Shown here: positions 45,538-55,666 of the stretch, in pieces
Numbering within the stretch: the first letter of the stretch is position 1
Layout: the number at the start of each line of letters is the position of its first letter
Origin: an uncultured Actinomycetes bacterium
GTDB taxonomy: Bacteria; Actinomycetota; Acidimicrobiia; Acidimicrobiales; Ilumatobacteraceae
Reading direction: 5' to 3'
DNA: 64,000 nucleotides
Assembly: GCA_903872155.1 (NCBI GenBank)
Contig: CAIQJP010000042.1
Span: 83,028 to 147,027, forward strand
The notes under the pieces: generated by a model
The model's database searches: none
What the model saw: only the letters and a program-made list of their open reading frames with translations
Told to the model about the DNA's origin: nothing
Made by a program: the position numbers and the translations under genes

Positions 45538-47631
45538 TTACACAGTGCAGTCATACAGCGAGTCAGAAATTTCGGAGACAACGGTACACGTCTCTTCAAT
45601 GTGCGCGATGAGGCCGCTGCCTCCACCCGGACCAGCACCGTTTTGCAAAAGTGCGTAGCGAACCTCGCCTGCAGCAACCAATTTGTCCCATGCGGCATCA
45701 TCAAGAATGACATCACCGCCAGAGAAACCTCCTAAGGCCATCACTGCTTCTCCGGTGTCGATAATGATTTGTCCTGCTGTCATTGCAGAAGGAGTCGCAA
45801 CCAACCATTTTTCGTTTTCTCGGTGCGCAACGAGGTACTTCGTCACTGCTGAATCGTCATTGGAGAAATTCGTCCTACCCATTAATCGAGCACCTCCAAA
45901 CGACGTTGTAACCGGCGACGCATATGGCAAATTCGCGTTGAGTCCTGCCTTCAGCGATCCCATCGTCCAAACAGCAGGTACTAACAATGTTGCAAGAACG
46001 AGGCCTGCAATGCGCGGACCTAACTTCCAGCGACCTAATACGCCGACGACTAAAAGCAAGGCACCCAGTATCGCTACAGCGATCGAACACTGAGTCGCAA
46101 TGTCCCATGAAATTCGACGGGCAATGACAGCAGTCGTTGCGCCACTTGCCGCAATCCCTCCACCGAGGACCGCAAGAGTCCAACGACTGTTCCACAAATC
46201 GCGCACGACCCCCGTTCCAGCACCGATCAGAATTGCAAGTGGGGGGACAATGCTTGCAACGTAGTAAGGGTGGACGATTCCTTTCGTCATGCTAAAAATC
46301 ACTGCACCACTTAAGAACCAGACTGTTGCAGCCAAGACCAGCGGATCGCCAAAAATTCGACGTCTGCGAACCCAGAGTGCTGCCAGCAGACCCAGAATAC
46401 CGGGGACAACCAACCAGCCGATTTGAGTTCCAAGATCTGCATTGAGAAGTCGCAAAATTCCAGGAGAACCACCTGAGAAGCCAGTCATTCCATTCGCGAT
46501 ACCAAGCATTCCTCCGCCACGGTCGATCGGTACTGCAATGTTTTCAGTTTGCGACATATCGCCGTACCCATCAACGCGCGATGGCAGTTCACCTCCACTG
46601 CCATCTGGCAATTCACCTGCGAAACCGGGCGGCATTTCGCCTTCAAAACCCATCGGCGGGAATTGCATCTCTTCACCTGGTACGAAACCTGCGGGTGGTT
46701 GTCCGTAAATACTGAAATCCTCGGGCATTGCGCCTTGACGATCAGAACTTCCACCATCACCCGTTGGTGGACCTTCAAAAGAACCTCCATCAGGAGCGGA
46801 GCCACTCGGCCCACCAAGCACACCCATATCTCCTTCAACTTGATTAACGCCGTTGCGTTCGAATGCAAGCTGATATGCGCTATTCGTGGCGCTTGAACCG
46901 ACATATGGTCGTTGATCTTTCGGGGTGAGATCAACGAATGTGAACCAAGCAAGAGCACTCACAGTTGCAATTGCTAGTCCTCCGACCAGCATGATTGAAC
47001 GCTTTTTCCAAGTCAACTTTGATGCCAACCCGAAGGCCACGGCGACTGCGACAAGCACCGGAGTGGCCGCCAACATTTTCGTTGTAAATGCCGCTCCAAA
47101 AAGAAGACCAGTGGCAACCCACCATTTCCATTTTCCTGATTCAGTCGCTCGAACTCCGGCGAATACAACCGCCGTCATGAAAAAAATCAAGATGGCATCA
47201 GTGTTATTGGAATGATTCACCATGACAGAAATCGGTGAAATCGCAAGTGCGAGTGCCCCAATCGTTGCACCAATCCTGCCCCATCTCGGAGCAATTAATA
47301 CATAAACAAGAATGACAGCGCCAACTCCAGCCAACACTTGTGGAATGAGCAGAGTGAGTGAATGGAACCCAAAGACACGAACCGCAAGAGCTTGAATCCA
47401 CATTGACATCGGTGGTTTATCAACCGTGACAAACCCGCGAGTATCTAAAGCGCCAAACCAAAAGGCGTGCCAACTTTCGCTCATGCTGCGAACTGCCGCC
47501 GAATAATACGTGTTACCCCAACCCACTGTTCCCAATGCCCACGAAGACAAGATCGCGGAGACTGCAATCACTACACCCAAAGACCAATGCCGACGAATAG
47601 CGACAATCCACTGAGCTCTTATTTTCTGCAT
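45538..47631 (-). CDS. Family 39 glycosyltransferase (ArnT/PMT-like) with a Gly/Pro-rich insert and a C-terminal extracytoplasmic domain
   Basis: 'TVDKPPMSMW' loop-1 motif, more than 10 TM helices, and a ~130-aa G/P/E-rich insert. Confidence 0.8.
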   Translation of the reverse strand: MQKIRAQWIVAIRRHWSLGVVIAVSAILSSWALGTVGWGNTYYSAAVRSMSESWHAFWFGALDTRGFVTVDKPPMSMWIQALAVRVFGFHSLTLLIPQVLAGVGAVILVYVLIAPRWGRIGATIGALALAISPISVMVNHSNNTDAILIFFMTAVVFAGVRATESGKWKWWVATGLLFGAAFTTKMLAATPVLVAVAVAFGLASKLTWKKRSIMLVGGLAIATVSALAWFTFVDLTPKDQRPYVGSSATNSAYQLAFERNGVNQVEGDMGVLGGPSGSAPDGGSFEGPPTGDGGSSDRQGAMPEDFSIYGQPPAGFVPGEEMQFPPMGFEGEMPPGFAGELPDGSGGELPSRVDGYGDMSQTENIAVPIDRGGGMLGIANGMTGFSGGSPGILRLLNADLGTQIGWLVVPGILGLLAALWVRRRRIFGDPLVLAATVWFLSGAVIFSMTKGIVHPYYVASIVPPLAILIGAGTGVVRDLWNSRWTLAVLGGGIAASGATTAVIARRISWDIATQCSIAVAILGALLLVVGVLGRWKLGPRIAGLVLATLLVPAVWTMGSLKAGLNANLPYASPVTTSFGGARLMGRTNFSNDDSAVTKYLVAHRENEKWLVATPSAMTAGQIIIDTGEAVMALGGFSGGDVILDDAAWDKLVAAGEVRYALLQNGAGPGGGSGLIAHIEETCTVVSEISDSLYDCTV

Positions 47632-47696
47632 TCCGTCAGTAGATCAACTCTGAGTAAGAAGAAGGTAAGCGCTTAGTTGCAACATCTGGGGTAGGT

Positions 47697-48134
47697 TCAA
47701 CTGCCTAGTTCGTACCGATACAAGTTTGACTCACGAAGTTTGAAACCCATGCGCTGGTACAAACGGTTAGCGGCCTCGCGTGATGGGCGCGAAGTCAGAT
47801 CAACCGTGATGGCACCGTTGGATTTTGCAAAATCAAGCGCGGCACGATTCAGGGACTCTCCAGCACCATGCCCACGCGCCGAATCATCAACAACGACATC
47901 TTCTATCCATGCACGTACACCAGTGGGGATGCGGAACATCGCAAGAGTCAACGAACCGACGATGCGTCCGTCAAGTTTCGCTAGGAACAGCGTCGACGCT
48001 TCGGACTTCACTAACGCTTCTAATTCTGAGCGACTCGGAGGTGGGTTTGACTTTGACAATTGTGGGATCAACATCTCAAATGCCTGCACGACATCATCAT
48101 TGATCACTTCACATATTTCGATCTGAACGCTCAC
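47697..48134 (-). CDS. GNAT family N-acetyltransferase
   Basis: Acetyl-CoA motif 'VVVDDSARGHGAGESL'. Confidence 0.85.
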   Translation of the reverse strand: MSVQIEICEVINDDVVQAFEMLIPQLSKSNPPPSRSELEALVKSEASTLFLAKLDGRIVGSLTLAMFRIPTGVRAWIEDVVVDDSARGHGAGESLNRAALDFAKSNGAITVDLTSRPSREAANRLYQRMGFKLRESNLYRYELGS

Positions 48135-48173
48135 GGTAATGAGTCTAGGTTGATCTCGTTCTACGGTAAGCCC

Positions 48174-49076
48174 ATGGATTCACGCGAACTCTCAGCAAAA
48201 GCCCGCGCACTTGGCGGGGCACTCGAACCCGTCATCGGACAGGTCTACTTTTCGCCCGAATGTCATGCCAACTACGTGGCCCTCGGTTTCCAACCAAGTC
48301 CTGGCGACATGAATGGTGTTGCGCTCCCCGAAAGTGTTGCCTACTTCACGAGTCGTGGTTCATTGATGGGCCAGGTTTCGGGTGAAGTTGTCGCAGCAGC
48401 ATTCGCAGTTTTCAATCCACTCGTTGTCGTCCCGGCAGTCACTGCTGGTTGGCAGATCACTGATGCCACAACCATTTGTGCAGCTCGCCGCAATGGAGCA
48501 ATCGGGCAACTTGAACGAATTCTTGGTGCAAAACCTGGTGGAGTCAACAAGGCTCGTCAAATTCTTGAACGTGCAGTCTCAGTGCTTCATCCCGAAGGAC
48601 GACCACTATTTGCTGGCACATTGCACCAATCAATTCCTGAAACCGATCTCGGCGCAGTGTGGCATTTCGGTGACATGTTGCGTGAATATCGCGGTGACTC
48701 ACATACTGCAGCCTGGATCTCCGCTGGTCTTGATGCAACCGAAATCGGATTGCTTACCGAACTGTTTTGGGGACTCCCCCTCAAGTCATACAGTCGCACG
48801 AGAGCATGGAGCGAAGACGATTACGCAGCAGCCATTGAACGACTTGAGTCGCGTGACCTCATCACCGATGGTGCTTTCACCGACAAAGGACGACAGCTAC
48901 GCGAGCAAGTTGAAGTCAATACCGATGAACAGATGCGCACCGTCATCTCAAAAATCGGTGCAGATTTTGACCTACTGATTGCCACGCTGTCACCTTGGTC
49001 AGAATTTGTTCGAAACTTCAAGGGCTACCCCAGTTCAGGACCTCATGAACTTGCTGAAGCCGCAAGCCGTCGTTAG
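48174..49076 (+). CDS. Conserved hypothetical helical protein (possibly SCO6745 family)
   Basis: 'ALEPVIGQVYFSPECHANYVALGF...YFTSRGSLMG' resembles the SCO6745-family N-terminus as I recall it. Start set at the ATG at 48174 to avoid overlapping the GNAT gene. Confidence 0.5.
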   Translation: MDSRELSAKARALGGALEPVIGQVYFSPECHANYVALGFQPSPGDMNGVALPESVAYFTSRGSLMGQVSGEVVAAAFAVFNPLVVVPAVTAGWQITDATTICAARRNGAIGQLERILGAKPGGVNKARQILERAVSVLHPEGRPLFAGTLHQSIPETDLGAVWHFGDMLREYRGDSHTAAWISAGLDATEIGLLTELFWGLPLKSYSRTRAWSEDDYAAAIERLESRDLITDGAFTDKGRQLREQVEVNTDEQMRTVISKIGADFDLLIATLSPWSEFVRNFKGYPSSGPHELAEAASRR

Positions 49077-49102
49077 GCATTCAGAACAGTAAGAATGTTG
49101 CA

Positions 49103-50428
49103 ATGACCGATATCGCAATCATCAATGGGACCGTGCTGCCGATGGCCGGCCGGCCAGTCATCAATAATGGCGTCGTTACGATTACAGGCAATTCGATCAG
49201 CGCAGTCGGCACCGCGACTGACATCGACGTCTCTTCTGCCAAGAAAGTGATTGATGCCCGCAACTGCGCAGTCATGCCAGGGTTTTGCAACAGCCACACC
49301 CACATCGCCTCAAACTTGTTGCTCCGCGGGCTCCTTGAAGATGTGTTGCTCTTTGAGTGGTTACAAACCATGTGGAAGCTCAAGCAGAACTTTGACGAAG
49401 AAACGCTCTATTGGGCAAGTATGTGCGGTCTTGTTGAAATGGCTCGCTCAGGAATCACCTCGTTCAATGAACACTTTGACGCGTATGCAGTTGAACCACA
49501 AATTGAGGCGCTCAAAGAAATTCCTCTACGCGCAACCCTCGGATACGGTTTTGCTGATCGTGGTCTCTATGCATCAATCACCGACTACTCATGGAAGACG
49601 ATTAACAACTTCGGCAATCTTGCTGCGCAACATCACAAAACTCGCGATGACCTTTTGCGCATCGCGCTGTCACCGCACGCCGTTTATTCATGTGGTGAAG
49701 AAATGTGGCGACTCGTTCGTGAAGTAGCCGACGCTCAACAAGTCCCGATTCATACACACCTATCTGAAGGTATGCAAGAAGTTGAATACTGCCTTGAGAC
49801 CTACGGACTTCGTCCGGTGCAGTGGTTGCATTCACTTGGTTTCCTTGGACCAGATGTCACCGCAGGACATTGTTCGCAACTTGATGCAACCGACATCAAG
49901 TTATTGGCCGAAACCGGAACGAAGATTGGTCACTGCCCCGTTTGTAATGCCAAATTAGGTTCGGGAACTATGCCACTTCGGCAAGTACGCGAAGCGGGTA
50001 TCACTGTTGGTCTCGCAACCGACGGGCCAGCAAGTCACAACGCCAGCGACATGTTCCAAGAAATGAAATTCGCGGGGCTCATTCATAAGACCAACACTGG
50101 CGACGTCGAATTCTTAAAGATCAACGAACTCCTTGAAATGTCGACATATCAGGGCGCGCTCGCGATGAATCGTCCAGACACTGGTCGGCTTGAAGTTGGC
50201 GCCAAGGCCGACGTCATCGTGGTCAACCTAGATACCGCCCACGCCCAGCCGGTTTATGACCCCATGTCTGCCCTGGTGTACTCAACACGCGCTGACGATG
50301 TTCGCCACACCATCGTGAATGGTCAATTCATTATGGAGAATGGCCGAGTGCTCGGTGTCGATGAAGACCTGATCAGGGCCAAATTCCATGAAAAAGCCCA
50401 TGCCCTGAAAGTTCGAAGCCTCAGCTAG
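49103..50428 (+). CDS. Amidohydrolase (MTA/SAH deaminase MtaD / chlorohydrolase family)
   Basis: 'CNSHTH' HxH metal motif, 'HLSE' and 'ATDGPASHN'. Confidence 0.75.
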   Translation: MTDIAIINGTVLPMAGRPVINNGVVTITGNSISAVGTATDIDVSSAKKVIDARNCAVMPGFCNSHTHIASNLLLRGLLEDVLLFEWLQTMWKLKQNFDEETLYWASMCGLVEMARSGITSFNEHFDAYAVEPQIEALKEIPLRATLGYGFADRGLYASITDYSWKTINNFGNLAAQHHKTRDDLLRIALSPHAVYSCGEEMWRLVREVADAQQVPIHTHLSEGMQEVEYCLETYGLRPVQWLHSLGFLGPDVTAGHCSQLDATDIKLLAETGTKIGHCPVCNAKLGSGTMPLRQVREAGITVGLATDGPASHNASDMFQEMKFAGLIHKTNTGDVEFLKINELLEMSTYQGALAMNRPDTGRLEVGAKADVIVVNLDTAHAQPVYDPMSALVYSTRADDVRHTIVNGQFIMENGRVLGVDEDLIRAKFHEKAHALKVRSLS

Positions 50429-50480
50429 TTCACGTTCGCTTGGTCGCACTTTCGTGGTGCATTACTGACATACTGACGTC

Positions 50481-51563
50481 ATGATCTTGACCGAACTGCG
50501 CACTACTGCCGACGAGTTTGCACGTGCAACCGACTGGCAACCAAAACCCGAAGGGCTCTGCCGAGGCGAAGTCTGTGTCCCCGCCCCAGGTGCATTGTCA
50601 GCTGACGGAATGATCGACGTTGCAGTCGCTGCACAAAAGCTGGGTATGCCGCTTGTGCAAGATGCTGAGCATGGTGTGTGGGCACTTGGTTCAGCAACGT
50701 TGTCTGGCAAGTCACTGAGCACTGCAGTTGCCGCCGATCCCGAACTCAAAACCTTTGATGGAACTCCATTCAAACTCTCATCACTGCGCGGCAAGAAAGT
50801 AGTCCTTGTCGCGTGGTCTAGTTATTGAGGCTGTCGCTCAAGCTTGCCCGGGTGGCAAGCACTCAACAATGAAATCGCCAGCCTCGGCGCAACAGTTGTG
50901 ACGGTTGCACTCGATATTGATCCTGCGTTAGCAAAACCTTGGAATGATTTAGCAAACCCAAGTCATCCGAGTTTGGTTGACACTCTTCACATCACTAATT
51001 CGCTTTTCGGATTTACCAATATCCCTATGGCGGCTTGGATTGATGAAGAGGGCAACTTAGTGCGTCCAGCCGAAGGTGCATCGATTGAACGCAGTCCTTT
51101 ACGTGACATGGAAATCCCTGAAGGTCTTCCCGAACAACTCAGCAAGATGATGCACGCTGTGAAAGCCATCCCCGATGACGGCGAGGCCTACCGCGAAGCC
51201 ATTTTGGATTGGGTGCGCAAAGGATCAGATTCCGAATTTGCCCTCACCCCCGACGAGGTGATCGCTCGTAGCCAACCGCGTTCAGACAATGAAGCTCGGG
51301 CAACTGCGTGTTTCGAACTCGGCGAATATTTCCATCGCATTGGCGAAAATGACACTGCTGTGACTTGGTGGAAAGAAGCACATCGTCTGCACCCACAAAA
51401 CCTCACGTACAAACGCCAAGCCTGGACATTAGTAACAACACCTGCTGGCGCCACCGAGTACGACCTCATGCAAGGTCCGAACGATGTTTACGACAGCAAC
51501 TTGGTTGATGAAGTCACCGGTGAGGGCGGATTTGGGCAATTCATTATCCGTCCACGCTTGTAA
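50481..51563 (+). CDS. ResA/TlpA-like thioredoxin-fold protein with in-frame TGA (candidate selenocysteine) and a TPR-like C-terminus
   Basis: ORFs 50481..50828 and 50844..51563 share a frame and are separated only by the TGA at 50826-50828. Read-through gives 'KKVVLVAWSSY-U-GCRSSLPGWQALNNEIASLGATVVTVALD...FGFTNIPMAAWIDEEGNLVRP'. Confidence 0.6.
50842..50860 (+). promoter_or_regulatory. SECIS-like stem-loop 13 nt downstream of the in-frame TGA
   Basis: GCTTGCC-CGGGT-GGCAAGC: a 7-bp stem with a G-rich 5-nt apical loop. Confidence 0.45.
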
Positions 51564-51641
51564 AAACAACCGTCAATTCATCCCAAACTGGTGTGGGTCA
51601 ACTGATTTCTGTCCCCAATTTGGGCGGTAGCGTTACAGGCA

Positions 51642-52613
51642 ATGGCTGATCTTGAGCACGTCCGTTGGATCCGCCGACCTGAACTGCGTCGGCCCCATGT
51701 CATCGCCGCCTTCACCGGCTGGAACGATGCCGCCGATGCTGCCAGCACTGCTGTAAAACACCTTGTTGAAAATTTGGGTGCAGCACCGCTTGCTGAAATC
51801 ATCCCCGAAGAATTCACCGATTTCGCAACAATTCGTCCGCATGTTCGTTTGAACACCGACGCAACACGTCACATCGTGTGGCCCACAGTCAGCCTGTGGA
51901 GTGTGACGAGTGGCGACGTTGATCTGATTCTTGTTCTCGGACCCGAACCAGCCCTTCGTTGGAAACTTTTCAGTGACCAAATCATCGGTGTCGCTCGCGA
52001 ATACAACGCGACAACTTTTATCTCACTCGGTGCTCTTTTGGCCGATGTTCCTCATCGTCACGAAACACAAGTGCTCGGAACTGCCACCGATCAAGCAATG
52101 ATCGATGCTCACGATTTACAGCGCAGCCGATACGAAGGACCGACCGGAATTGTTGGTGTTTTGAACGATGCCGCACACACTGCCGGATTTTCTACCGCTT
52201 CATTGTGGGCAGCGGTGCCGGCCTATGCCGCTCAAATTCCATCACCCAAGGCCGCTTCAGCGCTCATTGAACGACTTGCTGAAATTGTTGGTTGCGATGC
52301 GCCAACCATGATGCTTGATGCACAAGCCGAACTGTACGAAGAACAAATTGACGAACTCATCAGTAGCGATCCTTCAATGGCGCGTTATCTCGATCGACTC
52401 GAAAATCGCAGTGACGATGATGACGATTACGACGACGATGATTACGACGAAGACGACGACATGCCTTCGTACGGTGTCTCGCCCGATCAATTACGATTCG
52501 AAGGAATGGACGATGCTCCCCCGTTGAGCGGACCACTTCCCGATGAACCAGTCGACAGCGATGCGCTGATGGAAGAAGTTGAGCAGTTCTTGCGTAGTCA
52601 ACACGACGACTGA
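51642..52613 (+). CDS. PAC2 (proteasome assembly chaperone-like) family protein with an acidic tail
   Basis: 'VIAAFTGWNDAADAAS' PAC2 N-terminal motif. The C-terminus contains 'SDDDDDYDDDDYDEDDD'. Confidence 0.8.
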   Translation: MADLEHVRWIRRPELRRPHVIAAFTGWNDAADAASTAVKHLVENLGAAPLAEIIPEEFTDFATIRPHVRLNTDATRHIVWPTVSLWSVTSGDVDLILVLGPEPALRWKLFSDQIIGVAREYNATTFISLGALLADVPHRHETQVLGTATDQAMIDAHDLQRSRYEGPTGIVGVLNDAAHTAGFSTASLWAAVPAYAAQIPSPKAASALIERLAEIVGCDAPTMMLDAQAELYEEQIDELISSDPSMARYLDRLENRSDDDDDYDDDDYDEDDDMPSYGVSPDQLRFEGMDDAPPLSGPLPDEPVDSDALMEEVEQFLRSQHDD

Positions 52614-52615
52614 AA

Positions 52616-53314
52616 TCAGTCGGGTTTGCGCCACACATCTGGGCGTGGTGTATCAAATGTTGCAATTGATCGTTCGCCGTTAATGGCAGCAAAAGCCATT
52701 TGCCCCCACCATTCAATTCCGGCTGTTGCACTCGGCAATGAATCATGGGCAAACCAACCAAGACCACTTGTTTCAAGCGGATGACCTTGCAATGCCCCTC
52801 CGGTTGCTCGGCAATGAAAAAGCAACATGTACATACCGAAGCGACTGAAGCCCATTCGCTGACCATCGACAACACCCAGTAATTGCACGGGCTCACATTC
52901 AATACCGGTTTCTTCGAGTACTTCTTTCACCGCGACTTCGCTTGCCGAGTATCCGACATCGGCCCAACCAGTTGGATACAACCAGATTCCAGAATCAGCT
53001 CGTTGCATTAAGAGAATTTCGCCATCGTCGTTGCCCACGATGGCCCCGATTGCAACTTTCGGTGTCACATAGCCAGGAATCCCTTCGCCGATGGACTCCA
53101 TCCATTCTTGAACGAAGTGATCTTGTTCGCGACGAACTTCGAGAGCTTCGTCGGCAGCGGCTTTGATATCTGCAGCAACGTGCAACACTTCTTCGTAACG
53201 TTCACGCTCATACAAGTTCTGCGTAAAGCCCATACCAGTGCGCGCAATCCCCGCAAGGGTTTCACTCCAACGCACTAAGTCGCGCGTGAAATCTGCTGGA
53301 GTTGCATCACTCAT
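52616..53314 (-). CDS. NUDIX hydrolase with an N-terminal Nudix_N_2-type domain
   Basis: Nudix box 'GWADVGYSASEVAVKEVLEETGI'. Confidence 0.85.
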   Translation of the reverse strand: MSDATPADFTRDLVRWSETLAGIARTGMGFTQNLYERERYEEVLHVAADIKAAADEALEVRREQDHFVQEWMESIGEGIPGYVTPKVAIGAIVGNDDGEILLMQRADSGIWLYPTGWADVGYSASEVAVKEVLEETGIECEPVQLLGVVDGQRMGFSRFGMYMLLFHCRATGGALQGHPLETSGLGWFAHDSLPSATAGIEWWGQMAFAAINGERSIATFDTPRPDVWRKPD

Positions 53315-53331
53315 AGTAAGAAGTTACCTCG

Positions 53332-55614
53332 CTACGCGACCAACGAGAAGAGAATGGCGCGCTCAACCTCTTGGCGATGAAATTTGTCCGTCAGTTTGCT
53401 ACCACCAGATGTACGAACATAAAAGGCGTCGACAACTTCATCGCCGATTGTCTGCACCGTTGCGTGTCGAATGTCTAAACCGACCTCAGCCATCGCTTTT
53501 GTCACTCGGTGAAGAATTCCGTGTTGATCAGGGGCACGAACTTCAATCACTGTCGCATTTGAAGACGCTTCGTCGAAGAATGTCACGCGTGGTGGTGCCA
53601 GTTCTCCAGCAGAACGACGCTTTCGTCGATATGTCTTGGCCCGTTCGGCCATGCGAGCTTCGATTGCAAGTTCACCATGCAGAGCACGAGTCAGATTTTG
53701 AATAATTGGGGCCCATTCAATTGGCCCATGGCTCGGCACAATCACCCTAAATTGCGATGCCGCCATACCTTGTTCATCAGAGTGAGCTTGTGCACCCAAC
53801 ACGCTCAGTCCATGCAGAGCAAGCACACCTGCAACGCGGCTAAATGTTCCTGGTCGGTCGGGGCTCACTACCGTCACCGAGTCATCGGCAACGCCAAAGG
53901 TCACTGCACCGCCCGCCATCATTTCAAGTACTTCTGCATCAGGGAACAATCGCCACTGCGCTTCTTCAACTCCGGCACCTCCGAGCACGAGGTGAACTCG
54001 ACGCACCAGGTCATTCACTAACTCGGCTTTCCACGTACCCCAAGCAGCAGTACCTGTTGCCAAACTGTCGGCTTCGGTTAAGCCATGCAAAAGATCTAAT
54101 ACCAAAGGCGTTTTGACCTCATCAGCGACCATCGTGATCGTTGCACTGTCAGCCAAATCTCGTCGAGTTGCGACATCGGGCAATAGCAAGTGGTTCTTCA
54201 CCATCGAACAAATCACTTGAGTATCTTCAGCATTCAGACCAAGACGTGGTCCAATGCGTTCGACCATCGCCACACCAACTTCAGTGTGATCACCGGGATA
54301 TCCCTTACCGATGTCATGGAATAGTGCGCCAAGTACAAGAAGATCTGGACGCGCTACACGGTCGGCCCATGTTGCGGCGTTGGCTGTCGCTTCCCATAAA
54401 TGACGGTCAACAGTGAAGCGGTGATACGCGTTGCGTTGGGGCTTGCTGCGATTCGGTGCCCATTCTGGCAACACTTTGACCCACAAACCTCGCTGATCAA
54501 GTGCTTCAAGTACTGGGATCGCATCATGGGCTGTGAGTAGCAAGCCAACGAAATCATCAATCGCCCCAACTGGCCACGGGCTTGGCATCGGAGGGCACGA
54601 CTGCGCCAAGCGATCAAGAGTTGGCCGATCAATGCGAACTTTATGTCGAGCCGCCGAAGCAGCGACGCGCAACAACAAGGTCGGATCAGTTGCTGGATCA
54701 ACTGTCTCATCAAGGTGTACCTCGCCTAGGTGCAAGATCACACCTGGAGCAAGGTGCTGATCAGCAACAGGTTTAGTTTTGGCCGCCGAAACGCGTGCCC
54801 AAACTTCATCACCAACCCACGCGACCGATCGCCCTGCATTTGAAAGCGCTGCCACAAGTGCATCCGCATTTCGATATCCACATAGATCGGCTACGACATC
54901 TTGATCTTCGAGATGCATCACTTCAACAGCCCGACCGACATGACGATGCAAGGCAACTCGAACTGCCATCAACACGTCACGACCTGCATCGAGGGCATCA
55001 CGATCAGAACGAGTGATTTCAACGCCAGCAGCTTCGGCCCAAATCAGAGCATGAATATCGCGCAGACCTCCGTACCCCTCTTTCAGATTCGGCTCAAGCA
55101 AGAATGCGACTTCACCATTTTCTTGTTGTCTTTCACGGACTCGTTGCATCAATTGAGGGAGACGATTAGCGGCGCTCGCCTTCCATGCTTTGATACCGTC
55201 AACACTGAGTTCGTTCGCCAAAGATTCATCACCGGCTAACAGGCGCACACTTAACAATGCAGTCGCTGCATCGAGTTCGGACTTGGCTAGTTCAACGGCT
55301 TGTTTGACTGTGCACACCGAATGACCAAGTTTGGTACCCGAATCCCAAATTGGGTACCAAATCTTTGACGCAAGATCATCAATGTTCTTCACACCATCGT
55401 GCACCAACATGATGTCTAAGTCGCTAAATGGCGCCAATTCGCCCCGCCCGTAACCCCCTACAGCAACAAGTGCGACCCGCTTTGAAACTTTCACCGATTC
55501 ACAAGCAGTTGCCCAAATTTCACGTATCCACTGATCTGTTGCCTCGCATAAGGCGTGGGTCAAACGCACCCCGCGCAATTTGGTGTCAGCGAGAACTTGC
55601 TGGCGGCGTTCCAT
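53332..55614 (-). CDS. glnD: [Protein-PII] uridylyl/adenylyltransferase GlnD
   Basis: NTase motif 'GGYGRGELAPFSDLDI', an HD domain ('LFHDIGKG') and two C-terminal ACT-like domains. Confidence 0.88.
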   Translation of the reverse strand: MERRQQVLADTKLRGVRLTHALCEATDQWIREIWATACESVKVSKRVALVAVGGYGRGELAPFSDLDIMLVHDGVKNIDDLASKIWYPIWDSGTKLGHSVCTVKQAVELAKSELDAATALLSVRLLAGDESLANELSVDGIKAWKASAANRLPQLMQRVRERQQENGEVAFLLEPNLKEGYGGLRDIHALIWAEAAGVEITRSDRDALDAGRDVLMAVRVALHRHVGRAVEVMHLEDQDVVADLCGYRNADALVAALSNAGRSVAWVGDEVWARVSAAKTKPVADQHLAPGVILHLGEVHLDETVDPATDPTLLLRVAASAARHKVRIDRPTLDRLAQSCPPMPSPWPVGAIDDFVGLLLTAHDAIPVLEALDQRGLWVKVLPEWAPNRSKPQRNAYHRFTVDRHLWEATANAATWADRVARPDLLVLGALFHDIGKGYPGDHTEVGVAMVERIGPRLGLNAEDTQVICSMVKNHLLLPDVATRRDLADSATITMVADEVKTPLVLDLLHGLTEADSLATGTAAWGTWKAELVNDLVRRVHLVLGGAGVEEAQWRLFPDAEVLEMMAGGAVTFGVADDSVTVVSPDRPGTFSRVAGVLALHGLSVLGAQAHSDEQGMAASQFRVIVPSHGPIEWAPIIQNLTRALHGELAIEARMAERAKTYRRKRRSAGELAPPRVTFFDEASSNATVIEVRAPDQHGILHRVTKAMAEVGLDIRHATVQTIGDEVVDAFYVRTSGGSKLTDKFHRQEVERAILFSLVA

Positions 55615-55666
55615 TCATACAGTCTGACCGAAAACGGCGACAACAAACCATTTCAGGCTTGAGTTC

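Noticed and set aside
50844-51563. Independent 239-aa gene starting at a TTG
   Set aside because: It would start inside a thioredoxin fold, just after the active site, with no ribosome-binding site. It is in frame with the upstream ORF across a single TGA, so read-through (Sec) or a pseudogene is more parsimonious.
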